Assembly (NCBI GenBank): GCA_000004985.1
Contig: GG738879.1
Source of the DNA: Naegleria gruberi
Lineage: Eukaryota
Strand: one strand, 5' to 3'
Length of the DNA: 64,000 nt
The notes below the pieces were generated by a model. That model was not told the origin of the DNA. It saw nothing but the letters and a program-made list of their open reading frames with translations, and made no database searches. Positions 1-11,687 of this stretch are shown piece after piece. The first letter of the stretch is position 1. Each line of letters opens with the position of its first letter. The translations under genes and the position numbers were made by a program.

Positions 1-511
1 CCAATATTATAATGTCAATGTCATTTGCTTTTGGATGGAGATCATTTAGAAGTCTTGGAATTGTACATGCTAGTGCATTGATGTACAGTTTATTTATTTG
101 TATTGGTGTCGGAATGTATGGTGGTGAAGGAATTGAATGTAAGTTACAACTAGTCAATTAGCTCATTTTATTCAAATTAATCAAATTTTCAATATTTGAA
201 TTAATTTCTATATAGCCGTCAACAAATTCCATTTCTTGGTTGCCTATTCTCCATATATAACATTCCCAGTTATTGTCATTGCTAGATTGTGGCACAATTC
301 TCCAAATGTCTTCTCACGGGAACACATTGCAAAGAAGAATTGGGTTGAAAAGGCACTTGCCATGATGTGGGCTTGTCATATTTTCTTCTTTGTTACATTC
401 TGTTATCATTGGTTGTTGATTAACACACCATATGTTTTACCAAACTTTCCAAAATTCCCACTCGTTGGTGATTATCTTATGGAACTTGCCAAATTGGAAG
501 GTCTTCATTAA
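1..511 (+). CDS. 3' part of a multi-pass membrane protein gene whose 5' end lies off the window. Exons 1..138 and 216..511, intron 139..215 (GTAAGT...TATAG).
   Basis: An open frame runs from the window edge. The donor is tgaat|GTAAGT and the acceptor is tatag|CC, and the frame is kept across the junction. The C-terminal segments are hydrophobic (…WACHIFFFVTFCYHWLLINTPYVLPNF…). No family could be assigned by eye. Confidence 0.45.
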
Positions 512-752
512 TTTTCTTTTGATAATTCATTCAAAGTTTTATTATTATTATTTATTGTACCACTATAGCTGACAAGTGAGTCTACTAGAAATAAACATTT
601 CTCCTATTCGTGTTTTAATTTCATGTGTTTGAACAGTTTCAACTACTAACTAATTACTTGTTTAGCATCAAAGCTAAAATAGATATATTTGGATGTGGTG
701 CATGTTAGAAACATTATATTTTCTAAAGACTATCGAATAGAAATTAATTTCG

Positions 753-3700
753 ATGAAAGTTTCAGTGAAGATGGTTCATATGGAACATGACAATATGAGT
801 TCAAAATCACTTGTCGAAACGATTGTTGGGAATCAAAATAATAGCAGACCTAGAAAAAAAATGCTATCCACTAATTGCCACTATTTCTCGCTGAAAGTGG
901 TTTTGCTATCACTGTTCATTGTTGTTTTAACACTTTCGAATAACTTTGATTTCGTCTCTGGTGAAACTTTCAATGTTTATTCGTGGGGTTTAAATCTAGA
1001 CGGACAAACAGGATTAGATTATCCAACACCAAACGGATTTACCTTTTCCTATTACACTCCTGTGGTTAACAATTACATGACTTCTATTTTATTCCAAAAT
1101 TCGAATGCACTCTACGAAAGTATCTACAACATCCCAACAAAACCATCCGAAATACAAATTTCACTCAACTCTATTATTCCAGGTCTACAGTTCAACATGT
1201 ATTGGCTAACTTTTACCAATTCGTCATCAGGCGAATCTGTTGATCAATTATTTTCGTGTGGAGACAATTCGAATAGTTGTGCTGGACTAAGAGGACCAAA
1301 GTTTACAACAGAATTACAAGTTTTATATGAATATTCATACATTTCTTTTAGAAGAGTTACAGAAGGAACCATTCCAAACAAGAGACTTCATTCTGTTGAT
1401 TGTATGGGTTCATGTATTGCTTGTACGAAAGATGGCTTTGTTTATACGAAACCAGTGAATCAATATTTTTGGAATTCTGTTGAAATTCCATCTGGTTTGA
1501 TAGATTCTCTTGGATTTAATGTTTCTAACAAGTGTGAAAAGGTTTCCATTGGTGGCACAACTTCAGATACATTTTTTGTAATGACACAATCAGGACATGT
1601 ATTCTCGTGGGGTGATTACAATTATGGAATGAGAGGCTATGAAGATTTAGAAAATTCTGGAGCTTCCCCATATCTTGTTTCGTCTATTTTCGGTGCCTAT
1701 GAAATTGGAGCTCTTAAAAATTATGATAATCCAGTTCCTGCTGGATTGGGAGTTTTGGCATTTCTGAACGAAACTGGATTGTTCGTTATTGGAAAGAATA
1801 GGTATGTGAAATATTCAATGAATATTGTGTATAACATTACATTAACATAGTTATGGATTATTTGGAATTCCACCTGATGACCTAATCAAATTAGTTCCAT
1901 ACATGTCAATTGACAGAGTAGCCATTGGTTCAAGACTTTTGAAAATATTTTTTGGTTATGCCACAATTTTGGCAACAACTGATAATGGAAGTGTTTATGC
2001 ATTTGGAGGAAATAATTATGGACAAGTCAATGCAGATCTTACAGCATTTATTGATGATGTGAGGCAACTATATGGTGGACAAGCTACTGATTGTTCTTGT
2101 TCACGTCATGCTTGTGCTTGTAGAGTTGGTGTTAATATTGTGACCTGGGGAGATATGTCAGAAAGGGGAAGGATAGTAGGTAATGATTTTGATGTTCTTA
2201 GTTTTGGAGAAAGTATTTCTAAATTTGGTTTATTGGATAGAGGAGGTTTTGCTATTTCAGATAGTAATAAGTTCTATTCTTGGGGAAGCAATGATAATGG
2301 TTTCTTATGTTTGGGAGACAAGTTTATCCAAACAAAACCCAAGTTACTATTCACTGCCAATTACAATTTGAAGCAATTGGTGAGTGGAGACTCTTGTTCC
2401 TATTCTCTTGGAGAAAGTGGTGGAAATGCTGTTGTAAACATGTGGGGAAAGTGTACTAATGGTTTAGAATTTGGATTGACTCCTATTGGTTTAACATCTT
2501 TCTATAATTTGACATCTTTGGATAAGAGTGTCAATTTGCTAGATTTGAAATATTCTCAAATGTCCATGTATAGTTTGCATGCTGCTTTCCTTTCAGAAAC
2601 TCCAAGAAAAACTTACACAATTGGATCAGCAGCTGACCACAGATTGGGAACTGAAGATTTAATTGATAGAAATGCCCTTTTCAATGTTGACACCCAAACC
2701 TTCCTCAATGATGAGATTATCCAAGTTTCTGCTGGTTTCGACCATACTCTTTACTTTACAAAGAATGGTTATTTAATGGGTTCTGGTAGTAATGAGTTTA
2801 AACAATTGGACTCAAGCAGTATTACTAATTTCACTTTGGTGAATATTAGTACCTCTGTTATCGAACAAGCTGGTGAACGAATTGTTCAAGTGGCTGCTGG
2901 AAAAAAGACAACCTTTGTCTTGACAGATGCTGGTAATGTTTGGGGAAAGGGATTGAACGACCAACAGCAAATTTATAATATGGTGTTTAGTCCACTGACA
3001 GAATTTGAGAAACTTGTAAAACCTGGTTCCCTCAATTTTACCAGATTGGCTGTTGGTAATGCTGCAATTATGTGTGAAAATGGAGGAAATGCATTTCAAT
3101 TTATCAATGGTGGTATGACTGCTAGGTTACTCTATCCAGACAAGTGTCAGGATGTGTTTGCCAAAGATGACATTTATTACATTATTACAACAAATGGAAG
3201 GGTGTATTCTGTTGGATCTAATGAATATAATCAAATAGATACTGGATATGGATTGGATGCTACAACAACCATTCCAAACATGATCTTTTCTCCTTCAAAA
3301 ATTGGTGGAATACCCAAAATGATATCTATTGGAAATGGATTTACAAGCGTGGGAGTTTTAGTTCCATCATTCACTTGCAATGGAAAGAATTTCAGTAACT
3401 CAACAGTTTGTAATGGAAGAGGATTTTGCTATGCACAAGATCAGTGCAGTTGTGAAACCAGTGGTTGGACAGGGTCAGATTGTCAAATACCGATTTGCCC
3501 AAACACTGAAAGTGGTCTACCATGTGATGGAAAAGGAACATGCATTGGTCCAAACGAATGCAAATGCAATACAGGATATTATGGAAGTAGATGTGAAACC
3601 TATTATTGCTTTGGAATTCAGCAGTTTTCATTTGGAAACTCTGCATTAAAACCATGCAACAATAGAGGTACCTGCATTGCACCAGACACTTGTCAATGTA

Positions 3701-3879
3701 CTGATCCTAATTATTATGGAGATGCTTGTCAATTCAAAAAATGCTTTTCTGATAATGGAGCTAACTCAAAGAGGAATACATTTGCAGATCGATTGTGTAA
3801 TGATATTAATGTGCAAATGTTGGATATTCCAAAGCCAAAATCAACTGGAGATATGAGTGGTCAACCTATTATCACATAA
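753..3879 (+). CDS. Type-II membrane protein with RCC1-like beta-propeller repeats followed by tandem tenascin-type EGF-like repeats. Exons 753..1801 and 1851..3879, intron 1802..1850.
   Basis: The ATG is at 753 and a signal-anchor VVLLSLFIVVLTL lies near residue 50. RCC1 repeat motifs recur (VYSWGLNLDGQTG, VFSWGDYNYG, VYAFGGNNYGQV, YSWGSNDNGFLCLGDK, VYSVGSNEYNQI). The C-terminal Cys-rich repeats follow a CxxGxxGxxC(Q/E)xxxC EGF pattern. Donor AATAG|GTATGT and acceptor ACATAG| conserve the frame. Confidence 0.7.
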
Positions 3880-4135
3880 TTTAATTTGAAATTCATTACA
3901 ATTTGGATAATTACTTTCAAAAATAATAAATTGTACTAGCTGGCAAGTATATCTACTGGAAATAAACACCTTGTTTGCACTTTTCTCATTAGCATTCCTT
4001 TCAAAATCCTCAAATCCTTACAACCATTCTACTCCTTCTCATTTCTCTCAATAAAAAAACAAATAAAAATTGCTTGCCCAAAGGAATAAGAGTTTTATTT
4101 TTAGATTCTTATTGAAATTTTAATACAACAAAAAA

Positions 4136-5131
4136 ATGACCAACGTACAACAAGTCTTGCCAGTTTATCAACAATTCAAGGATGCCTTTGATAGGAATGA
4201 ATTGGAAAAGGCCGTGCAATTAGTGGCCCAATTAAAGGTTAGTATTTATAATAGAATGGAAGGAATATTCATGATTTTATGTTATTCTTGTGCTGATCAA
4301 TGTGTTTGGAATGATATTTTGATCATTTGATGGATGTTTAATAATGATGATAATTGCTCACAACATACAACATTGACCAATATTTACAACAAAATGAATA
4401 TTATTAATTCCATATAATAGAAACTCCTTGTTCAATTACCATCATTCCTTTCTATAACAGCTGGTTTACTCAATGACATTGTTCTCAACGAAGAAACAAC
4501 ACAAGAATTCCTTGTCATTAGAGAAGTTCTCGAACACGCTGTTATTTTAAGTGCCAAGACAAAAGATTTGGAATCATTTGAAAGAAATGTTAAACAAGTT
4601 AAAGCTTACTATGCCAATCAATTACCAGGAGTTCCAAAGAGTGCTCGTGAAGAATTAATTCTCGGATTGAATTTGTTGAGATTATTGGCACAAAATAGTA
4701 TTGCCGAATTTCATACTGAATTGGAATTAATCCCTATCGATCTTCACAAGAAGAGCATGTACATTAAGCACGCCATCCAAATGGAATTATTCTTGATGGA
4801 AGGTTCATATACAAAATTGAGAAGCCTCCGAGACAAGGCTCCTGCACCAGAATATAGCTTATTTATGGACTTGATGATTGATACCATCAGAAAGGAAATT
4901 GCCGATTGTACAGAACTCTCCTATGAAAGAATTAGTTTGTCTGGCTTGCAAAAACTCTTGCTCTTCCAAAATGAACAAGAAGCTAGAAATTTCTCCTCTT
5001 CCAGAATGTCTTGGTCGATTGAAAATGACGAAGTTGTATTTGAAAAGACTGCTGAAACAAAGAAGGATACCAGTAGAGATATCATTACCAGAACCCTTTT
5101 CTATGCAAAGGACATGGAAAGAATTGTATAA
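4136..5131 (+). CDS. RPN12: 26S proteasome regulatory (lid) subunit RPN12/PSMD8. Exons 4136..4237 and 4421..5131, intron 4238..4420.
   Basis: The spliced protein aligns along its whole length with PSMD8 (…SFERNVKQVKAYY…LLAQNSIAEFHTELELIP…YIKH…LMEGSYTKL…DTIRKEIADC…). The donor is AAG|GTTAGT. The AATAG acceptor at 4420 keeps the frame, whereas the alternative AG at 4460 does not. Confidence 0.85.
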
Positions 5132-5282
5132 AATATTATAAGAACTATCTCTTTAGTAAATTAATGTAATGTCTTTGTAAAACATTTCTCATTTTAATAA
5201 TAATAAAATAATAAAAAATTATAATTTAGAATTTTCAATTATTTTAATTAAGATCAAAATATGTTTATTTTAACTATGTTAA

Positions 5283-6683
5283 TTACTTTGAAAAATAAGC
5301 GGCATTGTACAATTGATCATACTCCAGAACACATCCAGATTTTCGTTTCTTGGTCCAAGTTGCAGTGTCAAAGAAAAAGTAGGTTCCCTTTTCAGCTTTG
5401 GCATTTTGTTGGAAATCATTTACACTTTGATCTCTAATGAGCCACAATTGAGTTGGTTTGTGATATTTCCATCCTCTCTTTGACAGCTCTCTTGCAGCTA
5501 CAATTTGTAGCACATCACGTGGCATTGTGTAAAAGATATACAGCAGTGTTTCTTCTGTGAATTTGTCAACATGGAAGTCTTGTAACTGCACAGTAACCTT
5601 ATAACATTCTGGTAATTTGTAATCAGGTATAACATTTGATGGAGGAACCTCAGCAAAGGGAGAAGCAAAATTCTGATACAAAAACTCCGAAGCATTCAAG
5701 TTTAATCCTAGAGAGGTAAGATCCAATCCAAGAGCAAGAGCAGTCAAATCCGAATCTTTAGAAGCAAATGTATTGCTCAAACCTAACAGACCAAACTTAT
5801 CATCAGCAGTAGCAGTACGTTGTTGAATTGGTTGTTGTTGTTGTAAAGCTTGTTGTTGTTGAATTTGATAATACCTTTGTTCATATAGTAAAAACTCTTG
5901 TAAATGTTGTTCTATAGCGGAATTATCATAACCATTTTGTTGAGCAATATTTCTAACTTGTATCAGAGCTGCTTGTCTTTGTTGAGGATTAGCATTCAAA
6001 ACATTTCTGAAAATGTTATGTTGAGGGAGTGGAGGAAGTTTTTGGTTCATTGATGGATATTGACCGAATTGTTGTTGTCCATTAATCATTGACAAGATGG
6101 ATTCCGAAGGTCTATAGGAATCTCCTGTTGATGATGAAAGCAAATTTGATCCATTAGCGTTTGGTGTTGTCGATCTGTGAATCAATTGTTGTGTTGGAGA
6201 TACACTTGTTGGTGGATATTTGTTTGTATTACCAACATTTGATGATACATTGTTTTGATTTCCTTGATTTTGGAAAATACCTTGGTTATTCATTTGGTTA
6301 TTCATACCCGTTGATCCTCTAATGATATTATTATTAACTCCTTGTTGTGTACCTGTCATTGTATTCATGTTCATTCCACGGAAGGCATTACCATTTTGTC
6401 CCAAACCAGATGAAGCCATAAAACCCATTGGTGCTTGTTGATTTAAATTTCTACCCATCATATTATTTGCTCCAATAGAATTCATACCAACACCATTATT
6501 ATTTAATGATGACCCAAATTGTTGTTGTTGTCCTAATCCATTTTGGGTCAGTGCATTCAAATAACCATTCACTTGCATTGATGATCCTCCTGATGATGGT
6601 ACATTCATTAAATTATTAGTATTACCCAGGTTTTGATTTAATCCTTGAGAGGCAGAACTAGCATACGACGATGTATTTTTCAT
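5283..6683 (-). CDS. CCR4-NOT complex subunit 2/3/5 family protein (CNOT2-like). A long N/Q/G-rich low-complexity N-terminus precedes the C-terminal NOT2_3_5 domain.
   Basis: The C-terminal region (…LLYIFYTMPRDVLQIVAARELSKRGWKYHKPTQLWL…GTYFFFDTATW…VLEYDQLY) matches the conserved NOT-box of CNOT2/NOT3/NOT5. The first true ATG is MKNTSSY near 6683, and the track start further upstream is non-ATG. Confidence 0.75.
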   Translation of the reverse strand: MKNTSSYASSASQGLNQNLGNTNNLMNVPSSGGSSMQVNGYLNALTQNGLGQQQQFGSSLNNNGVGMNSIGANNMMGRNLNQQAPMGFMASSGLGQNGNAFRGMNMNTMTGTQQGVNNNIIRGSTGMNNQMNNQGIFQNQGNQNNVSSNVGNTNKYPPTSVSPTQQLIHRSTTPNANGSNLLSSSTGDSYRPSESILSMINGQQQFGQYPSMNQKLPPLPQHNIFRNVLNANPQQRQAALIQVRNIAQQNGYDNSAIEQHLQEFLLYEQRYYQIQQQQALQQQQPIQQRTATADDKFGLLGLSNTFASKDSDLTALALGLDLTSLGLNLNASEFLYQNFASPFAEVPPSNVIPDYKLPECYKVTVQLQDFHVDKFTEETLLYIFYTMPRDVLQIVAARELSKRGWKYHKPTQLWLIRDQSVNDFQQNAKAEKGTYFFFDTATWTKKRKSGCVLEYDQLYNAAYFSK

Positions 6684-6955
6684 TTTTTTTAAAATGTATT
6701 TTTTTAAAGTTATAAAAATGAAAAAAAGTAAAAATAGCAAGAAATATCGAGAAAATGATAAATTGTCAATTTACGAAAGAATTACTTGGTCGACTAACAA
6801 GAATTATTCACTAATGAGAGGGAAACATTGTCGAGTCTCTTTTTATTGCATTTAAATGGCACACTTCTCATTGAACTCACTTTCAAAATTTCAAATTATC
6901 AAAATTTGTGAATCTCACACATTGCTTTCAAAAAGGTGGAGCAAAATTTGGGTTT

Positions 6956-7483
6956 TTACCACTTCTTGTAGAGATCAACTCTTCTCTTGTGGTTTCTTCT
7001 CTTACCACCTCTTCTCTTATGATTCTTTCTGAACTTTTTACCATAGGTATCAATTCTCTTCTTGTGGAATCTTCTCTTACCATGTCTCTTACCGTGTCTC
7101 TTGTTCTTTCTGAACTTTTTACCATAGGTATCGATTCTCTTTCTCTTATAAATATCAATTCTCTTCTTGTTGTGTCTTCTCTTTCCGTATCTCTTACCAT
7201 GTCTTCTCTTATTAACTCTTTTACCATAAGTATCAAACTTCTTCTTGTAAATATCGACTCTTCTCTTCTTATGGTTACGTCTTCTCTTCTTTCCATAGGA
7301 ATCAATGTACTTGTGAGGTCTTCTCTTGTGGAGGTGTCTCTTCTTGTGCTTTCTTACTCTTGGAATATAGGTTGAGAGAGTGGAAACACTTTGAGTTTCT
7401 TCTTCACCACGAACATTTCTAATGGTGAGAGCGAGGATTGTCAATGTTAAGGCAATCAATAGAATGGAAACTATTCTTTTCAT
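6956..7483 (-). CDS. Secreted, extremely basic tandem-repeat protein (K/R/H-rich units such as IDTYGKKFRKNKRHGKRHGKRRFHKKR). Function unknown.
   Basis: ATG at 7483. The N-terminal signal peptide is MKRIVSILLIALTLTILALT, followed by a short acidic stretch and then about seven degenerate repeats built on (I/V/F)D(T/S/I/L)YGKK. The repeats are also visible at the DNA level. Confidence 0.55.
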   Translation of the reverse strand: MKRIVSILLIALTLTILALTIRNVRGEEETQSVSTLSTYIPRVRKHKKRHLHKRRPHKYIDSYGKKRRRNHKKRRVDIYKKKFDTYGKRVNKRRHGKRYGKRRHNKKRIDIYKRKRIDTYGKKFRKNKRHGKRHGKRRFHKKRIDTYGKKFRKNHKRRGGKRRNHKRRVDLYKKW

Positions 7484-7773
7484 TCTTGTTTTTTTTTCTT
7501 GTTGAATGATTGGAAGGAAGAGAGGGAATGAGTGAGATTTATAGTTCTTTGGGTGGGTAATGTGAAATGGTTGATCGACTTTTATGGAAAGAATGAAACT
7601 TGTCTACTTTCCATAAATGAAACATTTTTGACTTTGGAAAACTAACAAGAGAAAGAACTGTGTGGGTAATGACCGAGTTTAATGATCATCACTTTTGGGA
7701 TTTTCAGTATAAATAGGGCATTCCTTATTCGAATCAATTGAGAAGATTCTTCAAAATATTCAAATGTTGTGTT

Positions 7774-10091
7774 CTATCCAAAAACAATGTACATGACGCA
7801 CAACAGACCAATCAAAATCACAGAAAGTGCAACATTCAATACGTGATCAAAGTGATTCTTAATAGTTTCCTTAAATGATGTTTGTTGATTGTAAAACTCT
7901 CTTGCTGATTTCCATAATTGAGAATAATTCAACGTCAAATTTTCAGTCTTTTCAGGAGTGGATGATCCAGTTATATAAGAAATCAAGAATAAACAAATAA
8001 TACTCAACAATGCCATACAAGCACTAAAATGCAAAAAGTTTGATCTGATAAATATTTGTACTAAAGTTCTAGACCAATCTGGAAGTTTGTAAATATCAAA
8101 TGCATTACTATTGAACATGGCTTCCAAGAATAATCTCGATAATCCAATAGTATTTCCCAAAATTAAAGTGAATAAACTTCCATAATGGTTTGGTGTCTTT
8201 GAGAGAATTCCCATCAAGAAAATGACAGCAATTGGAGCTGCCAAATAGCCCATAACTTTGTGAGTGTAAATGTAAAGTTGTTTGGAGAGGACTTGAACGA
8301 CTGGAATGAAACCAAGACCAACTACTGTAACAACAGCACCTGCAATCTTACCAACAATGACATATTCGGTATTTCTGTTTGGTAGTTCAGAAGTTGAATC
8401 TTCGGCAGCTTCTCTTGGAGTTGATGGAGAATCATTCATTGGATCCAATTCTCCCAAATCAGAAACTGAAGCAGATGGTTTAGTTTCATCCAATTGAATT
8501 TCAATTTCTTCTTCAATTCTTGGTTCATTCTTTTCTTCAATGACTTCGATATTAGATTCAGCATTCAATTTAACATTTTCAGCCAATTTCTTTCTATCAA
8601 AATACTCTCTCACTACTCTATACAAATCCATTGTAAACAAAGTACTCGATGAGTGGAAAATACTTGCTAAACTACTCATCAAGGCAGCCAAAATGGCAGC
8701 AATAATTAAACCCTTAACACCAACAGGAACCAACTTGTCAATTAAAAGAATGTAAGCCACATTAGGATCCTTTTCAACTTGAGGAATCAAAACTCTGGCA
8801 ATCATTCCAGGAATAACCATTAAAAAGAATGGTAAAAATTTGAGGAAAGCTGCCAAGATACATCCTCGAATGGCATTAGCAAGATCTTTGGCAGCAAGTG
8901 CTCTTTGTACAATGGATTGATCTGTACACCAATACCTATTATTATTATTAAAAAATAAGAATATTCAATTATTACAATAAAAATTGTAAAATTTCAATAA
9001 ATTCAAAACATACCACATTGAAGTCCAAGACATTCCCAAAAAGACTCCAGTCACTGGGAAATCATGATGCCAAGGGGGTTGAAACAAGTGTAACATACTG
9101 TCTGGGAGTTGTTCTTTCAGATGTGAATAGCCACCAACTTGAACCATTCCTTGTGCATAAACTAACAAGGCACCAATAACTAAAACACCAGTTTGCAAAA
9201 CTTCAGTATAAATAACTGCACTCAATCCTCCCAAAACTGTATAAATACCTGTTGCTACGACCACTGCTGCAGCAGAAACCCAAATATTCCATCCTAAAAG
9301 TCTATTCGAAACCATTTCCAATAATTCTCAATAAATTCCACAACAATTTCAATTACTTACACTTGGAAAACCACAACACCAGCATAAATAGAAACACTAA
9401 TCTTTGTCATGACATACATTACCAAAGATAACAAACTCAAATACATTCTGGAAGTTCTATCAAATCTCTTTTCAATAAATTCAGGTAATGTATAAACTTT
9501 AGTTTTCAAATAGAATGGAATAAACAACCATCCCAACACTAAAATCCAAACAGGTGAATACAATTCTGCCATGCCAACTGCCAATCCAATTGAAGCTCCA
9601 CTCGATGACAGTCCAATAATATGTTCTGCTCCAATATTTGAGGCAAATAATGAACAAGCAATAGCAATGGCTCCAATATTACCATTGGCAAGGAAAAAGT
9701 CTTTGGAACTCTTCTTTTCTTCCTCTTGTTTTGTGTTATCTTCCTTGTTTTCAACAGACACCACTACTCCTTCGGAATTGTTTTGATCCAAAGCAGTACT
9801 AGAGCCACTAATACTTGTGGCCACATCATAGAGAGAATCCTTGGAAGGAATTGGTTGCATGGCCACATCACCATACGGATCATGTTCCTTTAAATGTTGT
9901 GGTATTTGCTGCTGATTAGACTTGAATTTAGATTGCAACCACCGATAGACTCTTTTGATATATGACCACAATGAAGAGTGCAATCCAACAATAATAACCA
10001 ATATAAAGTAAATGACAATCACGGCAATATCCAATGGTTGAAGAGGTGAAGCACCCGATGATGTAGATGATGATGATGAACTTGTTGACAT
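7774..10091 (-). CDS. Sodium:solute symporter of the SLC5/SSF family. Exons 10091..9362, 9301..9014 and 8934..7774, introns 9361..9302 and 9013..8935.
   Basis: Exon contents align with SGLT/SSF landmarks (FFLANGNIG…, …GLSAVIYTEVLQT…, …SMWYWCTDQSIVQRALAAKD…GCILAAFLKFLPFFLMVIPGMIARVL). The junctions CAAGT|GTAAGT…GAATAG|A and TGTG|GTATGT…AATAG|G restore the conserved WYWCTDQ motif in frame. Confidence 0.8.
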
Positions 10092-10437
10092 TCTTTTATT
10101 TAAATTGATGTATTTCAACAAGATATTATTATTACACTACTACTTTCAATATATTGTGTAGTTTTGAAGAGAGAGAATGTGTGATGATGAAATGTTGCTT
10201 CCTCTCTCGGGGTTTTGAAGGAGTGAACAAGGAGGATCCAATAGGTGGTCTGATGTAGCTCCTTTCTTTTGTGTTAGTACTTCCGTTCCATCCATCAAAA
10301 TTGTTTGGATTTTCCAACTTCAAGTAATAATGGATTCTCACAGAGAAAACACTTCATCAAAATTATGAAAGAAGGTATTCCACATTTCGTCATCTTGTGT
10401 TGTTTCACCCTTTCTCTCTGATGTTGGATAACAGTTT

Positions 10438-11520
10438 TTACAATAAAGTTGTTTGTAAATAGTAGGAATCAATTTGTTGGAGAATGGAGAGGAAACTTGA
10501 TGAAAACAATTCAAATTCTCTATCTGTGATACATGTCTTTTCGGAGGAATAGGAGGCCTTTTCTAAGAATTTCAAATATCTTTCACAATCTTCCTGTGAA
10601 AAACCAACTCTATCTCGAATATATTCAATGATTTGACGAGTGGTAATTCCCAATTGATTACAAGGTAAATCACAACTTAAACCAGCTGCTTGTTCAATGA
10701 TTATGATTGAATGTTGAATGAATTGTTTGTAAGAAATTGGTTGAGTTTCTAATAGAGATTTACGTTCTTGAAGGAGAGCTTCATTGTCTCTTCTATTGTG
10801 AATGGTTGTGTATTCGTCGAGTCCATCATCATCAATGAATGACTGACTTGTTTTAAGGTGACTTTCCATAGCATCTGTTCTTCGTTTTGGTGTTAGAATT
10901 TGACTGGAAGAATTTGGTATCGCTTTGGGTTTTGGTGAATCTTGATTGCTTGTGGATTCTTCTGCTTTCCAATGCCATGAGTTTTTCAGATTGGCAGTGG
11001 TTGCTTGTTGGGTTGGTGTTCTAAAGTTGGGCATTGTGGCAGGAGAGCTAGGACTCGATAAGGCATATCTTGATTGAGTGTAAATTGAATCGAAACCATC
11101 AACTTGATGATGTTTCATATCTACTGCACTAAGTGTATTAATCACCTTTTCCTGAATGCCCCAAACGTACTTTGAAAACGATTGAGTCATTTCATATTCC
11201 TTCTTTGATCCGAAGGTTTTCCTTGGAGCATCCTTCTTTGAAGATGCTAGCTGCTTATTCATCATCATCTTTTGATTTTGAATCATCATTTGAATGTGAT
11301 TGGTTTTTCCGACCTTTGCAATCTTAATTCCTCTATGGAGTCTTCTCTTACACAGCACAATGATAATGAAGAATAGACCAATCAGTACAATGAAGGGAAC
11401 TACAATTAATACTACACCTGTTGTGTCGACCACCGAAATTGTTGTTTCTGTTGTTGCTGTTGTTTCTAGAGTAGTTTCATGTTGAAGAGTTTCATCATGT
11501 TCAAGTAAAATTGCTTCCAT
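10438..11520 (-). CDS. Single-pass membrane protein with a T-rich N-terminal ectodomain and an S-rich cytosolic tail. Function unknown.
   Basis: ATG at 11520. One strong TM helix (VVLIVVPFIVLIGLFFIIIVL) is followed by a KRR stop-transfer. Codon usage is coding-like throughout. I recognised no domain. Confidence 0.45.
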   Translation of the reverse strand: MEAILLEHDETLQHETTLETTATTETTISVVDTTGVVLIVVPFIVLIGLFFIIIVLCKRRLHRGIKIAKVGKTNHIQMMIQNQKMMMNKQLASSKKDAPRKTFGSKKEYEMTQSFSKYVWGIQEKVINTLSAVDMKHHQVDGFDSIYTQSRYALSSPSSPATMPNFRTPTQQATTANLKNSWHWKAEESTSNQDSPKPKAIPNSSSQILTPKRRTDAMESHLKTSQSFIDDDGLDEYTTIHNRRDNEALLQERKSLLETQPISYKQFIQHSIIIIEQAAGLSCDLPCNQLGITTRQIIEYIRDRVGFSQEDCERYLKFLEKASYSSEKTCITDREFELFSSSFLSILQQIDSYYLQTTLL

Positions 11521-11687
11521 CTTAATATTTGAAATTAATTGTGATGATATATAGTATTAAATTAATACATGATTAAGATGATGATGAGATCGAGAGAGGG
11601 GTGAGATGTGAGTAAATAGTTGTGAAATTATTTTTTATCTTTTAAAAGTAAGATGATCTATAGATTATTTCGATTTATGGAATTGAT

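Noticed and set aside
4878-5141. Alternative-frame ORFs inside established genes, for example 4878..5141 within RPN12, 12489..12785 within the ABC1 kinase, 15909..16274 within IFT139 and 8306..8755 within the SLC5 gene.
   Set aside because: They overlap exons with clear homology in another frame or strand, and they show no independent coding signal.
6908-7375. Plus-strand ORF of 155 aa and minus-strand ORF 6928..7305 overlapping the poly-basic repeat gene.
   Set aside because: These are alternative-frame or antisense shadows of the tandem DNA repeats. Their products are L/S/V-rich or E/R-rich with no start context. Only the frame with a signal peptide and ATG (6956..7483, minus) is coherent.
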